Shown here: positions 14,187 to 27,861 of the stretch, in pieces
Layout: every line of letters starts with the position of its first letter
Position numbering within the stretch: the stretch's first letter is position 1
Source: Octopus vulgaris
Taxonomy: Eukaryota
Assembly: GCA_951406725.2 (NCBI GenBank)
Contig: OX597823.1
Span: 26,060,001 to 26,308,000 of the forward strand
DNA: 248,000 nucleotides
Direction of reading: 5' to 3'
Translations under genes and position numbers: made by a program
Notes under the pieces: generated by a model
The model's database searches: none
The model's input: only the letters and a program-made list of their open reading frames with translations
Told to the model about the DNA's origin: nothing

Positions 14187-16967
14187 CATCAATATCAAAC
14201 TCCCTCCTAGTAATGTCTCAATCGCTGCCCCTGTGGCAAATAAGACCATTTCCATTGTCTGCTTTTAGCTTATTTTTCTTATACAGCTAACATAAATGGA
14301 AACAAATTGGAATATCAAAAACAAAATCAACAAGTCAGTAACTGAAGCAAAATGATGTCTTGTCATTTCGTAATCAACTTTGGTTTACAAAAGCAGAGAC
14401 CAAACATCCACAGTTTAGTGAAGGCCTTTGTTTGTTAATAGACAAGACAAAGCCGTTTTTTTTTTCCCTTCCATTTCTCTGTTAAAAATATTATTTCACG
14501 TTTTGCTATTATGTGATATTTTAGAATCGATGAGAAAATATAGAGGACACAGCTGTTTTTTTAATATTTTTCTTTTATTTGTATGAAACAGTTTTGACAT
14601 ATAGAGCATTTGTTGGACATTTCTACAGAGGAAGTAGACAGAACTGTTTATTCTTCATACTGCTACTACTCAGCATACTATAAATGCTTAAATATCCTAT
14701 TTTTACATTGTGCCATATCAATATTATGATGGCCCTTCACAATCAACTACAAGCCTTTCTCTCGCACAACATATATGAGAGATATTCTTTCGTATAGCTT
14801 TTAGCTTCGAGTGTAAAATTTTAGAAAGATGATTTTCCATTTCTCTCGAAAACAACAAATAAAAGAACTAAATATGTTGGCTATAAACATTGACACGTTC
14901 CCGCAACATTCTTCAAACAAGAAACCTTGCAGAGAAGTCTACATTATTTAGTTTCTATCTGAGAGAGAGAGAGAGAGAGAACGAATGTTATTGTTGATAT
15001 TTTAACCTTAGATCACCAACAATCGAGTAAACTTCAGATCAAAAGTATTCTTGACGTGACCATCCTGCTTTAAAAATCTAATATGAATACTAATACGATT
15101 TAAGTGAGATCTGGCTGCTATTTCTAGCAATTCGGACGACCACACTAAGGTGTCGTTCGCTTGAGATGGTATTAACAAGGTGCTTGGTAAATACAAAAAC
15201 TTTTTTTTACCAATTCTACTAAGCCAGTGTGCTTTGATCGGGCAGGGGCACTGCCATTAATTCAAACGATATTCCCCGGTACTTGAATGGCACTTTATTT
15301 TATCGATCCCAGAAGGATGAAAAGCGTAATTTATGTTCAGTGTTCAAATCCTCACCATAAAGCTACGTAAATAAACATCGTCCGCAACAAAGAATTAAAA
15401 GAAAAAAAAAACTGAATAAACAATAATAATACTACCTACAATGAACAGTGTTTAATATAAGGTTATTACCAGTTCAAATATGCTTGAAGCATATTCGAAT
15501 CCCCACAGTAGACAAATGGTGTAAATTTTGTCCACGACAAAAAACATTACGGGCTCGAATATGCCCCAAGCATATTTGAACTGGTAATAACCATCACTGC
15601 TTAGCGCTGCCACCCCGTAATACTTAATATGTTGTAAACCCATTGAAATTGGTGATGGAACGTAAAAATAAGTCACCTCCCTCGAAACTACTTAGCTATT
15701 TTATATATTTGGAACTAGCACATTAAGACGAGGATGTTAAAGATTTTTTTTATTTATGATAGGGGACATACCAGAGTTTTTAAAAATGACATGCAAAATA
15801 TTCTTTTTTTTTATAAGCAGACCCAAATAAATACATTTTTTATAACTAATAACAAATAGAATTAAAAAAACCCGAGACCCGAAAAATCTTTACTTTTTAA
15901 AGGTTTATCTGAACGATTAATATATTTCTGTTGTAATTAACAGAGGAAATTATTTATGTATTAATTTATCAATTAATAGAGAAGTATAAAGTGATATACA
16001 ACCAAACGTATGTTTGGGCCAAATGACTCAAAATACAAAAAACATGAACATATTCTATTTAATAATCTTTACTTCGAAGGTTAGACGATCGCCTTTAGGC
16101 TTTCGTAGCCAAAACTTCAGTAATAGTAGTTTATTTATGTAGATAATGGATATATATATTATGAGAGTTAAACACTGTAGAGCAATGTTTTATCTCGTTC
16201 CTGTTCAGTAATAATCAACATTAAACTGAAAACAATGAAGTAAGCTTTGATACACTGTAGCAAGCACGACCACCTTACTATAGTGTGTGTGTGTGTGTAC
16301 ACAAATTATACACACACATATATATATATATTAGACACACGTTTATACATACATATAACTCGATCACAACCAACCCAGAATATATAATTAGATAAAGGAT
16401 ATTAACTTGAAATGGAAATGAGATAGAGAGAGAGATTTAAGATGTGCGTTTTAGACGTGTTGAACACAACACATTCCAACTGAGACATGATAACATCGAG
16501 TGTTCGATAAAGTTTTAAAAATAAGTCAAGAGATTTTAAACTACCACGGTAGTCCATTAGTCTACCCCATAAATATGAAAAAGAGTTAAAAAAACTCGGA
16601 ATATTTTACGTAAAACAAAACATCTAAAATGCGACAGATATTAGAATTAAAATAGCAGGTATGTTAGTTGTTGTTTAGATATTAGGTTTTAGCCAAGATC
16701 GAACAAACATATAATAAAAGACAGTTCAGCCTTCATCATCCTTTAAATATATATAACCCTAGGTAAATCCAATGGTATACCAAAAACAGTGAGGTTTGGT
16801 TCCTATTCTAGTAGGTTCGAATCACAGAGGCTCCTTCACTGACTCACAGCATTAATAGCTGTTTTGATCTGGGGCATGTTGAATGAACAAACCAAGTTCT
16901 AACCGTGACTACTATTTTTATATATATATGTATTAGATCCTACATTTTTAAATGTGTCCTTCCCTGT

Positions 16968-17000
<33 letters not shown>

Positions 17001-17391
17001 TTAAATTCCCCAACAGGATAGAGTGTTGCTGCTATTCGGGGAAGATATGGGTTTGGCTGTGACTTCTAAAAAGCTAAGTGACTGTGAAGAGACCCTCCTT
17101 AGTTCGTCAGCGCAAAGATAGTAGCAGTCTTGGTAGTGACTACAAGTATTATACAGCTTCGAGTCGAACACAATGTTTATGTTTAACAATCAGATATGAT
17201 CATATACTATTAAAGTTAAAGGGGGGGGGGTGTTACACACACACACACACGCTTTTACACAAATATTTAGTCATTCACTTTACACCCTAACACGTTTATT
17301 ATAAATATATAACTTTATACACAAACATTATGTATTTCTATACATTTATACACATACATTTTTATGAATAAACTCACATACTTCGTTTTTG

Positions 17392-17435
<44 letters not shown>

Positions 17436-17664
17436 GCGTAATGAATCTCCCAAGACAAAATATTAAGCTTCAAACACAACACAGACGATAACAAAAAGAA
17501 GTACTTGATATGTGTATATACACGCTGTGAAATCATTACATATATATAGGTGTGTGTGTGTGTAATATTTTCTGCTGCTGCATCAATATATTACTACATA
17601 TAGACAATTACACACACACACAAATATATATATACACACATATATACGTGTCTGTGTGTATACG

Positions 17665-17695
<31 letters not shown>

Positions 17696-17897
17696 ACATA
17701 CATATTATATATATATATATATACCACACTTTATATATAAAGCTCCAGAACCATATCACAAACAGACCATCATCTCAACAGAAGGAAGTACTTGATCTAT
17801 GCGTTGTCAAATCATTACACTGATATATATATATATATTATATTATATTATATCGTATTTTCTGTCGTTGTTGCTTTAACAATATATTGTTACTTAC

Positions 17898-17940
17898 CAA
17901 CATCAGGATCAAAAGATCCCGAGTTACCAAATAATGGCAT
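17898..17940 (-). CDS. STAM: STAM (signal transducing adaptor molecule) first coding exon, MPLFGNSGSFDPDV(E); rest of the gene probably lies left of the window
   Basis: ATG at 17940 gives 43 nt followed by TTG|GTAAGTA. The peptide resembles STAM N-termini as recalled (MPLFATNPFDQDVEKAT; fly MGIFGQSSPFDADVEKAT), with a phase-1 intron inside the Glu codon. No exon 2 (EKAT...) was found in 1-17897. Confidence 0.75.
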
Positions 17941-18175
17941 ATTTTGTAGCCTGTGTTTCACAACAACAGTGGGGGGTCGACGGCAGACGTAAGCTCCTCC
18001 TTTTCACATTGACACTAAGCTAAAAACTTCAACACTTTACACAGCTTCGACTTCCTCTACAGCTGCCACTGCGCATGTCAATATGATGTCACTTGCTTTT
18101 ATTTCCGATTGTTCATCGGTCCACGTGAGACTGACTCGACAACTTCCTTTTAGCTTTCTCACTATATCTTTGTGT

Positions 18176-18200
<25 letters not shown>
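17941..18200 (-). promoter_or_regulatory. Putative STAM 5' UTR and core promoter
   Basis: CpG-retaining, transposon-free stretch upstream of the ATG with ACTGCGCATG (NRF1-like), CACGTG (E-box) and ACTTCC (ETS-like) motifs. Confidence 0.5.
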
Positions 18201-18220
<20 letters not shown>

Positions 18221-18719
18221 CATATATATATATAATGTTTATATGTGTATGTTTATTTATATATGTCTGTGTGTGTGTATGTCAAAATAAACTTGTACAT
18301 TATATGTGAAACTCTGATGAAGCTATGCAGTAATGCACAAACACTCAGATCTAGGTGCACTGTATCTAATAGTAGAAACAGCTGTAAGCTAATGAAGTTG
18401 ATTACGTAATTCTTGTTCCTTTGTTATTTACTTAACTTCATATTATGTTCTATGCTTGCATAACTCTTTATTCTGCAGCATATATACAGTGTGTTTTGTG
18501 TTATTAGTAGCGTTATGACTAAGCAAAATTTTCATATTTATATAAAATTTCTTTAGGGGATACCAGTCAAGCCACCTATACTTATATCCAGATATGCCTG
18601 TCAGTAACTCCTCACTTGAATGGGCCATAATAACACAGAACTTCACTTACAAAAAAATTAACAGATTTTGTTATATTGGCCAAAAACACACCTAAGTTTT
18701 CTGTGTCTGCGTGTATGTA

Positions 18720-18773
<54 letters not shown>

Positions 18774-18774
<1 letters not shown>

Positions 18775-19173
18775 TAGCAGTATCGCCCGGCGTTGCTCGG
18801 GTTTGTAAGGGAAATAACTATATAAGCATTTTTAGAGAGTTATAGCCAAAAATTAGCAAAAAAATGCATTAAAAATGGAAAAAATATGATGGTAATTTTT
18901 TTTTAAAAATCGTTGACTCATCGTAGACATTTTTAGAGAGTTACTTCCCTTATATAATAGCGAAAAAATGCATTAAAACGGAAAAAAAATTATGGTAATT
19001 TTTTTTTTTAATCGTAGACTCATCGTAGACGCGCGCTAATGCCCAGAAGGGCTCGATATGAATCACAACTATAAGATACCCGGTTTTGGTTAAACTGCAC
19101 CGCAAAATATGGGAGTAGTTAGGAATCTAAATCGTAGGAGACAGACACACAACTTGACTTTTATATATAAAGA
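18774..19173 (-). mobile_element. Non-autonomous Helitron (about 400 bp)
   Basis: On the minus strand: 5' TC(TTTATATATAAAA), subterminal hairpin CCCGAGCAACGCCGGG, 3' CTAG, inserted between A and T. Confidence 0.8.
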
Positions 19174-19536
19174 TATCGTGTACATTTTTCTCATTTTTGG
19201 CTTGCCTTCATTAAGAATTAGCACATATCAGCAGCATTTCTATATGAAGATGTGACTACGCAGGGTTAAAAAAATTTGATGATTGATATAAACTCAACAC
19301 AAAGAAAAAGCTCTTTTCATATAAATGTGTGAGTGTATCCATACATACATACATACATATATTCTTTTGTTTCAGTTATTTGACTGCGGCCATGCTGGAG
19401 CACCGCTTTGAAGGATTTATTTAGTCGAACAAATCGACCTTAGTACTTATTCTATCGGTCTGTTTTGCCGAACCGCTAAGTTATGAGGACATAAACACAC
19501 CAGCATCGGTTGTCAAGCAATGGTAGGTGGGGACAA

Positions 19537-19581
<45 letters not shown>

Positions 19582-19582
<1 letters not shown>

Positions 19583-19963
19583 CTCTATATATAAACGGCA
19601 GTTTGTCTGTGCGTGTTTCTGTGTGTCTGTTTGCTTGTACTCTCACCCTGACCACGGCTTTCAACCGATTCTGATGAAACTTGACACACACATAGCCCAA
19701 TGTCATAATTCAAAACTAACGCAGCGAAAATTTTGAAAAGTTCCCCAGTTCTGAAAAAAATCGATATATTCGACATGGGGTCGAGAATCAGAAACACAAA
19801 CCGCAAACTGTCTAGGGGACGCAACTCCACCTTTTTTACTCTCAAAAAAAAATTACCATCATTTTTTTCCAATTTTTTCGCTATTTTTTTGGCTATAACT
19901 CTCTAAAAATGCTTTTTAGTTATTTCCCTTACAAACCTGAGCAATGCCGGGCGATACTGCTAG
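19582..19963 (+). mobile_element. Non-autonomous Helitron (about 380 bp), same 3' end family
   Basis: A|TCTCTATATATAAA...CCTGAGCAATGCCGGG..CTAG|T; no target-site duplication. Confidence 0.8.
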
Positions 19964-20099
19964 TATATATATATATATATATATAACTGAGAATGTGTGT
20001 CTGTCTGTGTGAGTGAATCCCTAAAACTTGAGAACTACACAACCAATTTCATTCAAATTTTACACATGCCTCACTTACATGTAGTGTCATGGGCAAAAG

Positions 20100-20520
20100 A
20101 AATTTTGGATCTTTTCGGTTTTTTAAAATAATTTCTATGTAACTAAAAAATTTTTAACTTTGTATACTGGTAGAATGTGTTTATAAAACATCTTTTTCTC
20201 TTGGCTTTCTTGGGAAAATTCTGTGGTTTGTGAGATATTTGGTCTGTAATTTCTTGCATTTCGGCAATTTCAGCCAATCAATGACGTCTATTGAGGTGAA
20301 AACAATATCTGCCGAAGTCTGTCAACAGCAATTTTTTGCGGTGTCATATGAAAATGTCCCTAAGAAACAAATTGGGTTTATTTACATTTCTGAAGAAAAA
20401 AAGTTACCCTTCCCCCACCCCTAACCCTAACCATAACTAGCCCTCCCCACCCTTAACCCTAACTGACCCTCCCCACTCCTAACCCTAAACCTAACTAACC
20501 CTCCCCACCTACCATATATA
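20100..20520. mobile_element. One arm of the foldback element seen intact at 116895-117694, with (CCCTAA)-like repeats
   Basis: Shares ttgtatactggtagaatgtg...gggtttatttacatt...ccccacccctaaccctaa with that element. Confidence 0.7.
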
Positions 20521-20954
20521 TATATATATATCATCCGAACGTGGCCGCATCGACTGGCCTCCGTGCTGTGGGCACGTAACAAACACCATCCTATCGTGGC
20601 CATTTGCCAGCCTCGTCTGGCACCTGTGTCGGTGGCACATAAAAAAACACCATCTGAGCATGGCCGTCTGCCAGCCTCGTCTGGCACATGTGTCGGTGGC
20701 ACATAAAAAACACCATACGAGCGTGGCCGTTCGCCAGCCTCGTCTGGCACCTGTGTTGGTGGCACATAAAATCACCCACTACACTCTCGGAGTGGTTGGC
20801 GTTAGGAAGGGCATCCAGCTGTAGAAACACTGCCAGATCTGACTGGCCTGGTGCAGCCTTCGGGCTCCCCAGACCCCAGTTGAACCGACCAACCCATGCT
20901 AGCATGGAAAGTGGACGTTAAACGATGATGATGATGATGATATATATATATATA

Positions 20955-21740
20955 TATAAAACACCCTAATGGGGGCCTTAACTCCCAAATTTTGGTAATT
21001 TCTTTTATGATCCAAAACTAGGTCAAAAGTATTGAATGGATCTTTATGAAATTTGGAATTTATATTCTATGCATAAGGGCCATAACCCCAATGACAATTC
21101 ATATATTTTTACTATTGATGAAATTTTAACCATAGATATTAGGCCCAAATGAAGTAATATTTATAAAATTTCATCTTCTTACAAGTTAGAAAGACCCTCC
21201 ATGGCGACATAACACCCACAATTTTGTCATTTTATCTAAGCAAAGATGAATACAGTTGTACTCTTGGAAGCTGTAGGGTTACCCGAGCATAAAAGATGAG
21301 CATTATTTGTAATTCAATGATACAACAGTGTAACAGTTTGCTTTGACATACACTTACATTGTGATTTCTGCAATTGCCTCCACTGACTCAGTTGCAAAGT
21401 GTTGAGTAAAGTTATTTGATTGCAGACCTCCTTTCAGTGTTTTTATTATCACTGGGTCACACATAGTCCCCCGATGGTCACATTGATTTCAAGGTTTTCC
21501 CAGATGAGTGACTGGTTATTCAAAGACATTTATAGATTGTAAATTTATTCTGTCCATTTACGTATCTGTACAGTGGTCATTCGCAAACTCCAACTTTCAT
21601 TTCTCCTTAGCCCTCACGTCACACAGTTGTTAATGTTTATTTCAGTTGGGTCACGCCCTTCCAATTGCTACAAATTCGTAATGCATCTTATGGCTGTGCC
21701 TGTCACCTGGATGGTTAGGAATCCTACATTGGGAGTGGTA
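20955..21740 (+). mobile_element. About 790-bp interspersed element of unknown class; second copy inverted at about 128355-129165
   Basis: Two similar copies, both abutting (TA)n (aaacaccctaatgg...cacctggatggt.aggaatccta). Confidence 0.7.
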
Positions 21741-22167
21741 ACAACTAGGGTAGGGTAGCTGACTGCTTATTGTGATCATTTGTCTTTTGTTTTCCTGTAG
21801 CTTTGCTCTCTTTTACAAACCCAGTGAACATATATTTCCTATTTCAAAGAAATTCAAACAATAGATATATGACCCAAGTTAAAAAGATTCTCAACAATTC
21901 AACTTCTCTGCTTTACATTAAGACACCCACCCCCAACAGGGGCCTTCACTCTCACATTCTAGAGCTCCATGACCTTCATTTTTCAGGAGCAAAATCCTTT
22001 TAACAGGTTCAATAAGACTGGAGTTTTGGAATATGCACATAAAAAATCAGTAGTATGGGATACATGTGGCACGATTACAATTTTTTTTTGGGTGTGTAAA
22101 GAGGGAAACAACCCTCATCTGCAATTTTGATGAAATTCGAAACAGATATTTCAGTTCATTACAGAAA

Positions 22168-22307
22168 AGTCTAATTCTTCAATTGCATGTAACCCGGGCA
22201 ACGCCGGGTATCTTTGCTAGTCTATATACATATATATATATATATGTATATAGACTAGCAAAGATACCCGGCGTTGCCCGTGTTACATGCAATTGAAGAA
22301 TTAGACT
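22168..22307. repeat. Near-perfect palindrome made of two Helitron 3' ends around (TA)n
   Basis: agtctaattcttcaattgcatgtaacccggg...ctagtcta(ta)n mirrored with one mismatch. Confidence 0.9.
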
Positions 22308-22373
22308 ATGTATATTAGAAGGTTTGGAGATGATGTACAGGTATTTTACAGATGATGTACAGGTGTATTTTCT

Positions 22374-22409
<36 letters not shown>

Positions 22410-22977
22410 CGCACTTCTTTCAGTTTCTGTCTGCCAAATCCACTCAACTCTTTGGTCAGGCCGAAGCTATAGTAGGAGACCCTTCTCAAGGTTCCACACT
22501 GTGGGACTGAACTCGGAACCATGTGGTTGGCAAGCAAACTTCTGACTACACAGCGACGAATATATTATGAAAGGAGACGGAAGGTGTGTGAATATAGATA
22601 AATAAAAAATATAAGCCAAGGGAAATAACTCATAGGCATTTTTTTTTTACTAACTTATTTTCCATCCACTTTTTTTTAATATAGTACATTGATTGCTATC
22701 ATTTATAGCTGTCTCCACTTCAAGATTCACCCTTATATAATTTTTTTATCTTTATTTATATGTATGCAAATTTATATTGGTAAAAAATTAATCGTAACTC
22801 TATGTCTAGTATGAAAAATATCTTCATCAGCTGATTGGCAGGCTTAGTAAGATTATACTCTGTTGATGAGGTCCAATTGCTGGAAACATATCCATAGTTG
22901 TCCCATGCACATAAACAAAAACCAGATTTTCCTATTCTGAAATACTTCAGAAATTAATTTTCTTGAAATTGTCTCAC

Positions 22978-23027
22978 CTTTTCCAATATCTAACAACTGC
23001 CTCTAGGGTTATACTTTCTTTTTCCAA
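22978..23027 (-). CDS. Candidate 50-nt internal exon (LEKESITLEAVVRYWK), gene unidentified
   Basis: Acceptor cttctctcttag|, donor |gtgaga, open in phase 0 to 2. Confidence 0.45.
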
Positions 23028-23121
23028 CTAAGAGAGAAGCTTTAATTGATTAAGAAGTTTTTTATGTATAACATTCAATAATTCGACTCTTTACTTAATT
23101 ACCTATGTAATATACAAACAT

Positions 23122-23172
<51 letters not shown>

Positions 23173-23359
23173 TACATACATACATACATACATACATACA
23201 TACATACATACATACATGCAATCATATAGATATATATCAGATTGAGTAAAAAGTAAGCAACGTTTTGAACCATGAAAAATTTGTACCGGATTTTTGCAGA
23301 GTTTTAAATTTTTATAAACATTTCTTTTTTTTTGCAATTGTCTGATAATACAGACATAG

Positions 23360-24110
23360 ACTTGCCCAAATGCATCAATAAATTAACATTGATATTTTTT
23401 CCACCGTTCTTACAATCATCTGAAATGGAACTGTCAAAGTGCGATATTTGAGAAATTTTTCTATTCAACCTCAAAAAAGGATGTAAAGCAGCTGAAACTG
23501 CTCACAATATCAACAAAACATTTGGTGGTGTACTGCTGGACTCTTGCACTATAACTTCTTAAAATCCAGAAAAACCATTACTACAGTAACATATTGCCAT
23601 GAAAACTTCTACTCCTCCGTCCCAGACTGGTCAACAGAAGAGGGCCAATCATTCTTCATGACAATGCTTGACCACACATTTCACTAATGACGCTCTAGAA
23701 GTTGAGGGAACTTGGCTATGAAGTTCTTCCTCACCCAGCTTATTCTTCAGACCTTTCTCCAACCAACTACCACTTTTTCAAGCACCTTGATGGTTTCCTG
23801 TGAGAGAAGGAATTCATAAACCAAACTGATATAGAAAGCACATTCAAAGTGTTCATCAGCTCTAGAATGGTACTTACTTTGATGAATAAAATTTCCAAAC
23901 TGTTGAAATATATTGTGATGAATTTTATGTTTCAAAATGTTGCTTACCTTTTACTCAGCCTGATATATATCATTGCTATTATGCAAAAGTGTCGTAAGTC
24001 CAAAATGTTGCTTTTTCAGAAAATGAAAAAAATAGTTTCAGCATTCCATTTCTTTTTAAATAAGCAAGTTTCAGCTTAACAATAATACATTGTTGGGTGC
24101 ATAAAATCGT
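23360..24110 (+). mobile_element. Decayed, internally deleted mariner
   Basis: Fragments KAAETAHNIN and PHPAYSSDLSPTNYHFFKHL match the mariner HTH and YSPDLAP motifs. Confidence 0.75.
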
Positions 24111-24374
24111 AATTTCCGGCATGTATATTTTCAGTCAGAAATATTTTTACAAAACTGTTGTATGTGGGACTTACTATACTTTTGAGAAATGCTAAACCAT
24201 TGTACTACGCTTTTTATCAATTTGCATATCTTGGCATCTGAAGCAGCTGGAGATACAATAGTATGACCAGAACAACCGGCTATTGCAAGCAAAATTAAAT
24301 ATTGAAAAAACAAATATATTTGGCCAAATTTGGACATACAACAGTTAAACATAATAGCAACAATATATATATAT

Positions 24375-26270
24375 CATCATCATCATCGTATAACGTCCGT
24401 TTTCCGTGCTAGCATGGGTTGGATGGTTCGACTGGGATCTGGGAAGCCAGGAGGCTGCACCAGGCTCCAGTCTGATCTGGCAGTGTTTCTACAGCTAGAT
24501 GCCCTTCCTAATGCCAACCACTCCATGAGTGTAGTGGGTGTTTTTTACGTGCCACTAGCACAGGTGCCAGGGGAGGCTGGCAGCGGCCACGATCGGTTGG
24601 TACTTTTTACGTTCCACCGGCACAGAAGCCAGTCAAGGCAGCGCTGGCATCAGCCTTGTTCGGATGTTGCTTTTTATGTGCCACTGGCACAGGTATCACA
24701 ACTACTATTTCTATTTGATATTCATTTTGATGTTGATGTACTTGACTCAATAGGTCTCCTCAAGCACAGCAGGTCACCCTACAATCCAAGGTAAGCACAG
24801 CAGGTCGTTCTGCAATCCAAGGTACTTTGGATGGGCTGAGGCTATGCAAAACTGGTGCAGGAAGCAGCTCAGGTCTTTGCAGTCACAGCATATCTCCAGA
24901 GATCTCGATCTTTCGTCATTACCTCTGTGAGGCCCAACGTTCGAAGGTCATGCTTGACTACCTTATCCCATATCTTCCTGGGTCTCCCTCTCCCCCTGAT
25001 ACCTTCAACTGCTTGGAGGTGGCACTTCTTCACATATCTCTCCTCATCCATCCGCAGTACATGACCATACCAGCACAAACGTCTCTCTTGCACACCACAT
25101 CTGATGCTTCTTATGTCCAGCATTTCTCTCAGGGCACTTACACTCTGTCGTATGTGCACACTGACATTACACATCCAGCGGATCATGCTAGCTTCATTTT
25201 TTTCAAGTCTACGCATGTCCTCTGCAGTCACAGCCCATGTTTCACTACCGTGAAGCATGGCAGTTCGCATGCATGCATCATACAATCTACCTTTCACTCT
25301 GAGCGAGAGACCCTTTGTCCCCAGTAGGGGTAGGATCTTTCTAAACTTTGCCCAGGCTATTCGTATTCTAGTGGTGACACTCTCTGAGCATCCACCTTCA
25401 CTACTAACTTGGTCACCTAAGTAGCGGAAACTATCAACTACTTCTGGTTTCTCCCCCTGGAGTGTGATGGAATCTGTTTTCTGAGTATCTGTGGTGTCTA
25501 TTGCCCCTGTGCATCTGCTGCACATGAAAGCTATCTTATCAGTTAATTTTCCTTTGATGTTGCTGCACCTCTTATGCATCCATAGCTTACACTGGGTACA
25601 TCTTATAGAGTTTCTACCTACACCTTTCCTACAGATCAAGCGGGACTACCTGCCCGAGGGGGTGGGTGATGAGTCCGCCTTTCAGCTTACTATAACTTTG
25701 GTCTTTGCTACATTTACTCTAAGGCCCTTTGATTCTAAACCTTGCTTCCACACCTGAAATTTCTTTTCTAGTTCCGGTAGTGATTCTGCTATGAGGGCCA
25801 GGTCATCAGCATAGAGTAACTCCCAGGGGCAACCCGTCTTGAATTCCTCTGTTATTGCCTGGAGGACTATGATGTATAAAAGGGGACTGAGGGGTGAACC
25901 TTGGTGGACCCCTACTTCTACCCGGAATTCTTCACTATACTCATTGCCAATCCTAGCCTTGCTGACAGCCTCTCTGTAAAGCCCTTATTAACCATTTGTC
26001 AATATCCAGTTTCCGCATCGCCCACCAGATAAGGGATCGGGGAACCCTGTCAAAAGCTTTCTCCAAGTCTACAAAAGCTATGTAGAGGGGTTTATCTTTA
26101 GCTAGGTATTTCTCCTGCAGTTGTCGAACCAGGAATATAGCATCAGTGGTGCTTCTACCCAGCACAAAACTGAACTGCATCTCATCTAAGCAAACTCTCT
26201 CCCTAATGAAATGGGCTATGACCCTCTCTGTGACCTTCATCATCTGATCCAACAGTTTAATACCCCTGTA
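24375..26270 (-). mobile_element. 5'-truncated RTE-clade LINE (RT, C-terminus, 3' UTR, (GAT)n tail)
   Basis: ORFs 25953-26525 (FVDLEKAFDRVP) and 24869-25639 (FRYLG, RL.WYGHVLRM); LYADDL on the minus strand near 25810; frameshifts. Confidence 0.92.
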
Positions 26271-26431
26271 GTATATATATATATTGGCTGGCAAATTGTT
26301 GTATTTTATATATAAGTAAGGTACAAAATAAGGTACATAATAATCACAGATAAAAATATTCACATACTTCCCATGTACATGCATACACATATACACAGGG
26401 TTCAAATGCTGCTTGATTTTTCTTCTCAGCG

Positions 26432-26960
26432 TTGAATATTCACCATCCCACTTCCATTGCACACACAACCACACACACAAACATTTACATGACTCCCTTT
26501 TATATACACACACACACATCATCATGCAGAGTTGAAATGCTGTTTGATTTTTTTTTTCACCATAGAACTTCCATCAACCCACAACCAGTTTGCCATCACT
26601 CCTTCCTTCCTTATTCATCTATCATCTCTTCCTTTCTCATTCATATGTTGTGATGGAAAAATACAGAGGAGTATTATTATAGTAGAAGATATGGAAGGTA
26701 AATTAAATTAATACACTTGTTTGACAAGTGTATTAATTTAATATAACTATATAGTATATATACTACAGAATCAAACACATGCATTCACATGCTTCCCTTG
26801 TACCTGCACACACATACACACATATACTCACACAGAGTTGAAATGCTGTTTGAATTTTCTTTTCAGCATTGAACATTCACCATCCCACTTCCATTGCACA
26901 CACACACACACACAAATACTCACACAGAGTTCAAATGCTGATTTTTTTTTCACCCCTTCC
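26432..26960. repeat. Local direct duplication (units at about 26432 and 26869)
   Basis: ttgaa.attcaccatcccacttccattgcacacac and gagttgaaatgctgtttga recur. Confidence 0.7.
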
Positions 26961-27197
26961 TTCATTATTCATCTATCACCCCTTCCTTTCTCATTCATAT
27001 GTGACGGAGAAAAACAGAAGACATATGATGCGCTCTTTATCACTTCCTCTTTCTCATTGCTATTACTTTCTCTCATTCCCTCTCAGTCAGGGCTATTATT
27101 CTCACTACTTCTCCTTCACTAAATTACTATTTTCTCTGCTCTCTCTTCACTTATACTACTCTTTCTCCTACTCCCTCCTGCGTGATTTTGGACAAAT

Positions 27198-27236
<39 letters not shown>

Positions 27237-27817
27237 TCTCACCGAGGAAATAACTAGAGACCGAGACCTATGGAAGTATGCTGTGCGTGAGAAGACCCGG
27301 CAGGGATGTAGCCAGTCCACTTATGCATACCTTTCCTTCTTGGAACACAAAACTCTACTTGTGAAGACCTGTTGAGGCAAGTGAGAATCAAAATCAAAAT
27401 CAAAATCAATCAACATCAATGGAAATTGTAGCTGTGATACCAGTGCTGGTGGCACGTAAGTGAACCATCCGAACGTGGCCATTGCCAGCATCGCCCTGAC
27501 AGGCCTCCATGCTGGTGGCACATAAAAAGCACCATCCGAACATGGCCGTTGCCAGCCTCGCCTGGCACGTAAAAAGCACCATCCGATCGTGGCCATATGC
27601 CAGCCTCATCTGGCACCTGTGCTGGTGGCACGTAAAAAGCACCCACTACACTCACGAAGTGGTTGGCGTTAGGAAGGGCATCCAGCCGTAGAAACATTGC
27701 TAGATCAGACTGGGCCTGGTGCAGCCTTCTGGCTTCCCAGACCCCAGTTGAACCGTCCAACCCATGCTAGCATGGAAAGCGGACACCAAATGATGATGAT
27801 GATGATGATGATGATGA

Positions 27818-27861
<44 letters not shown>

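Noticed and set aside
17017-17121. Plus-strand acceptor after poly-T with a 34-codon open frame (DRVLLLFGED...)
   Set aside because: Antisense within STAM intron 1, no partner exons found, peptide not recognised; may be chance.
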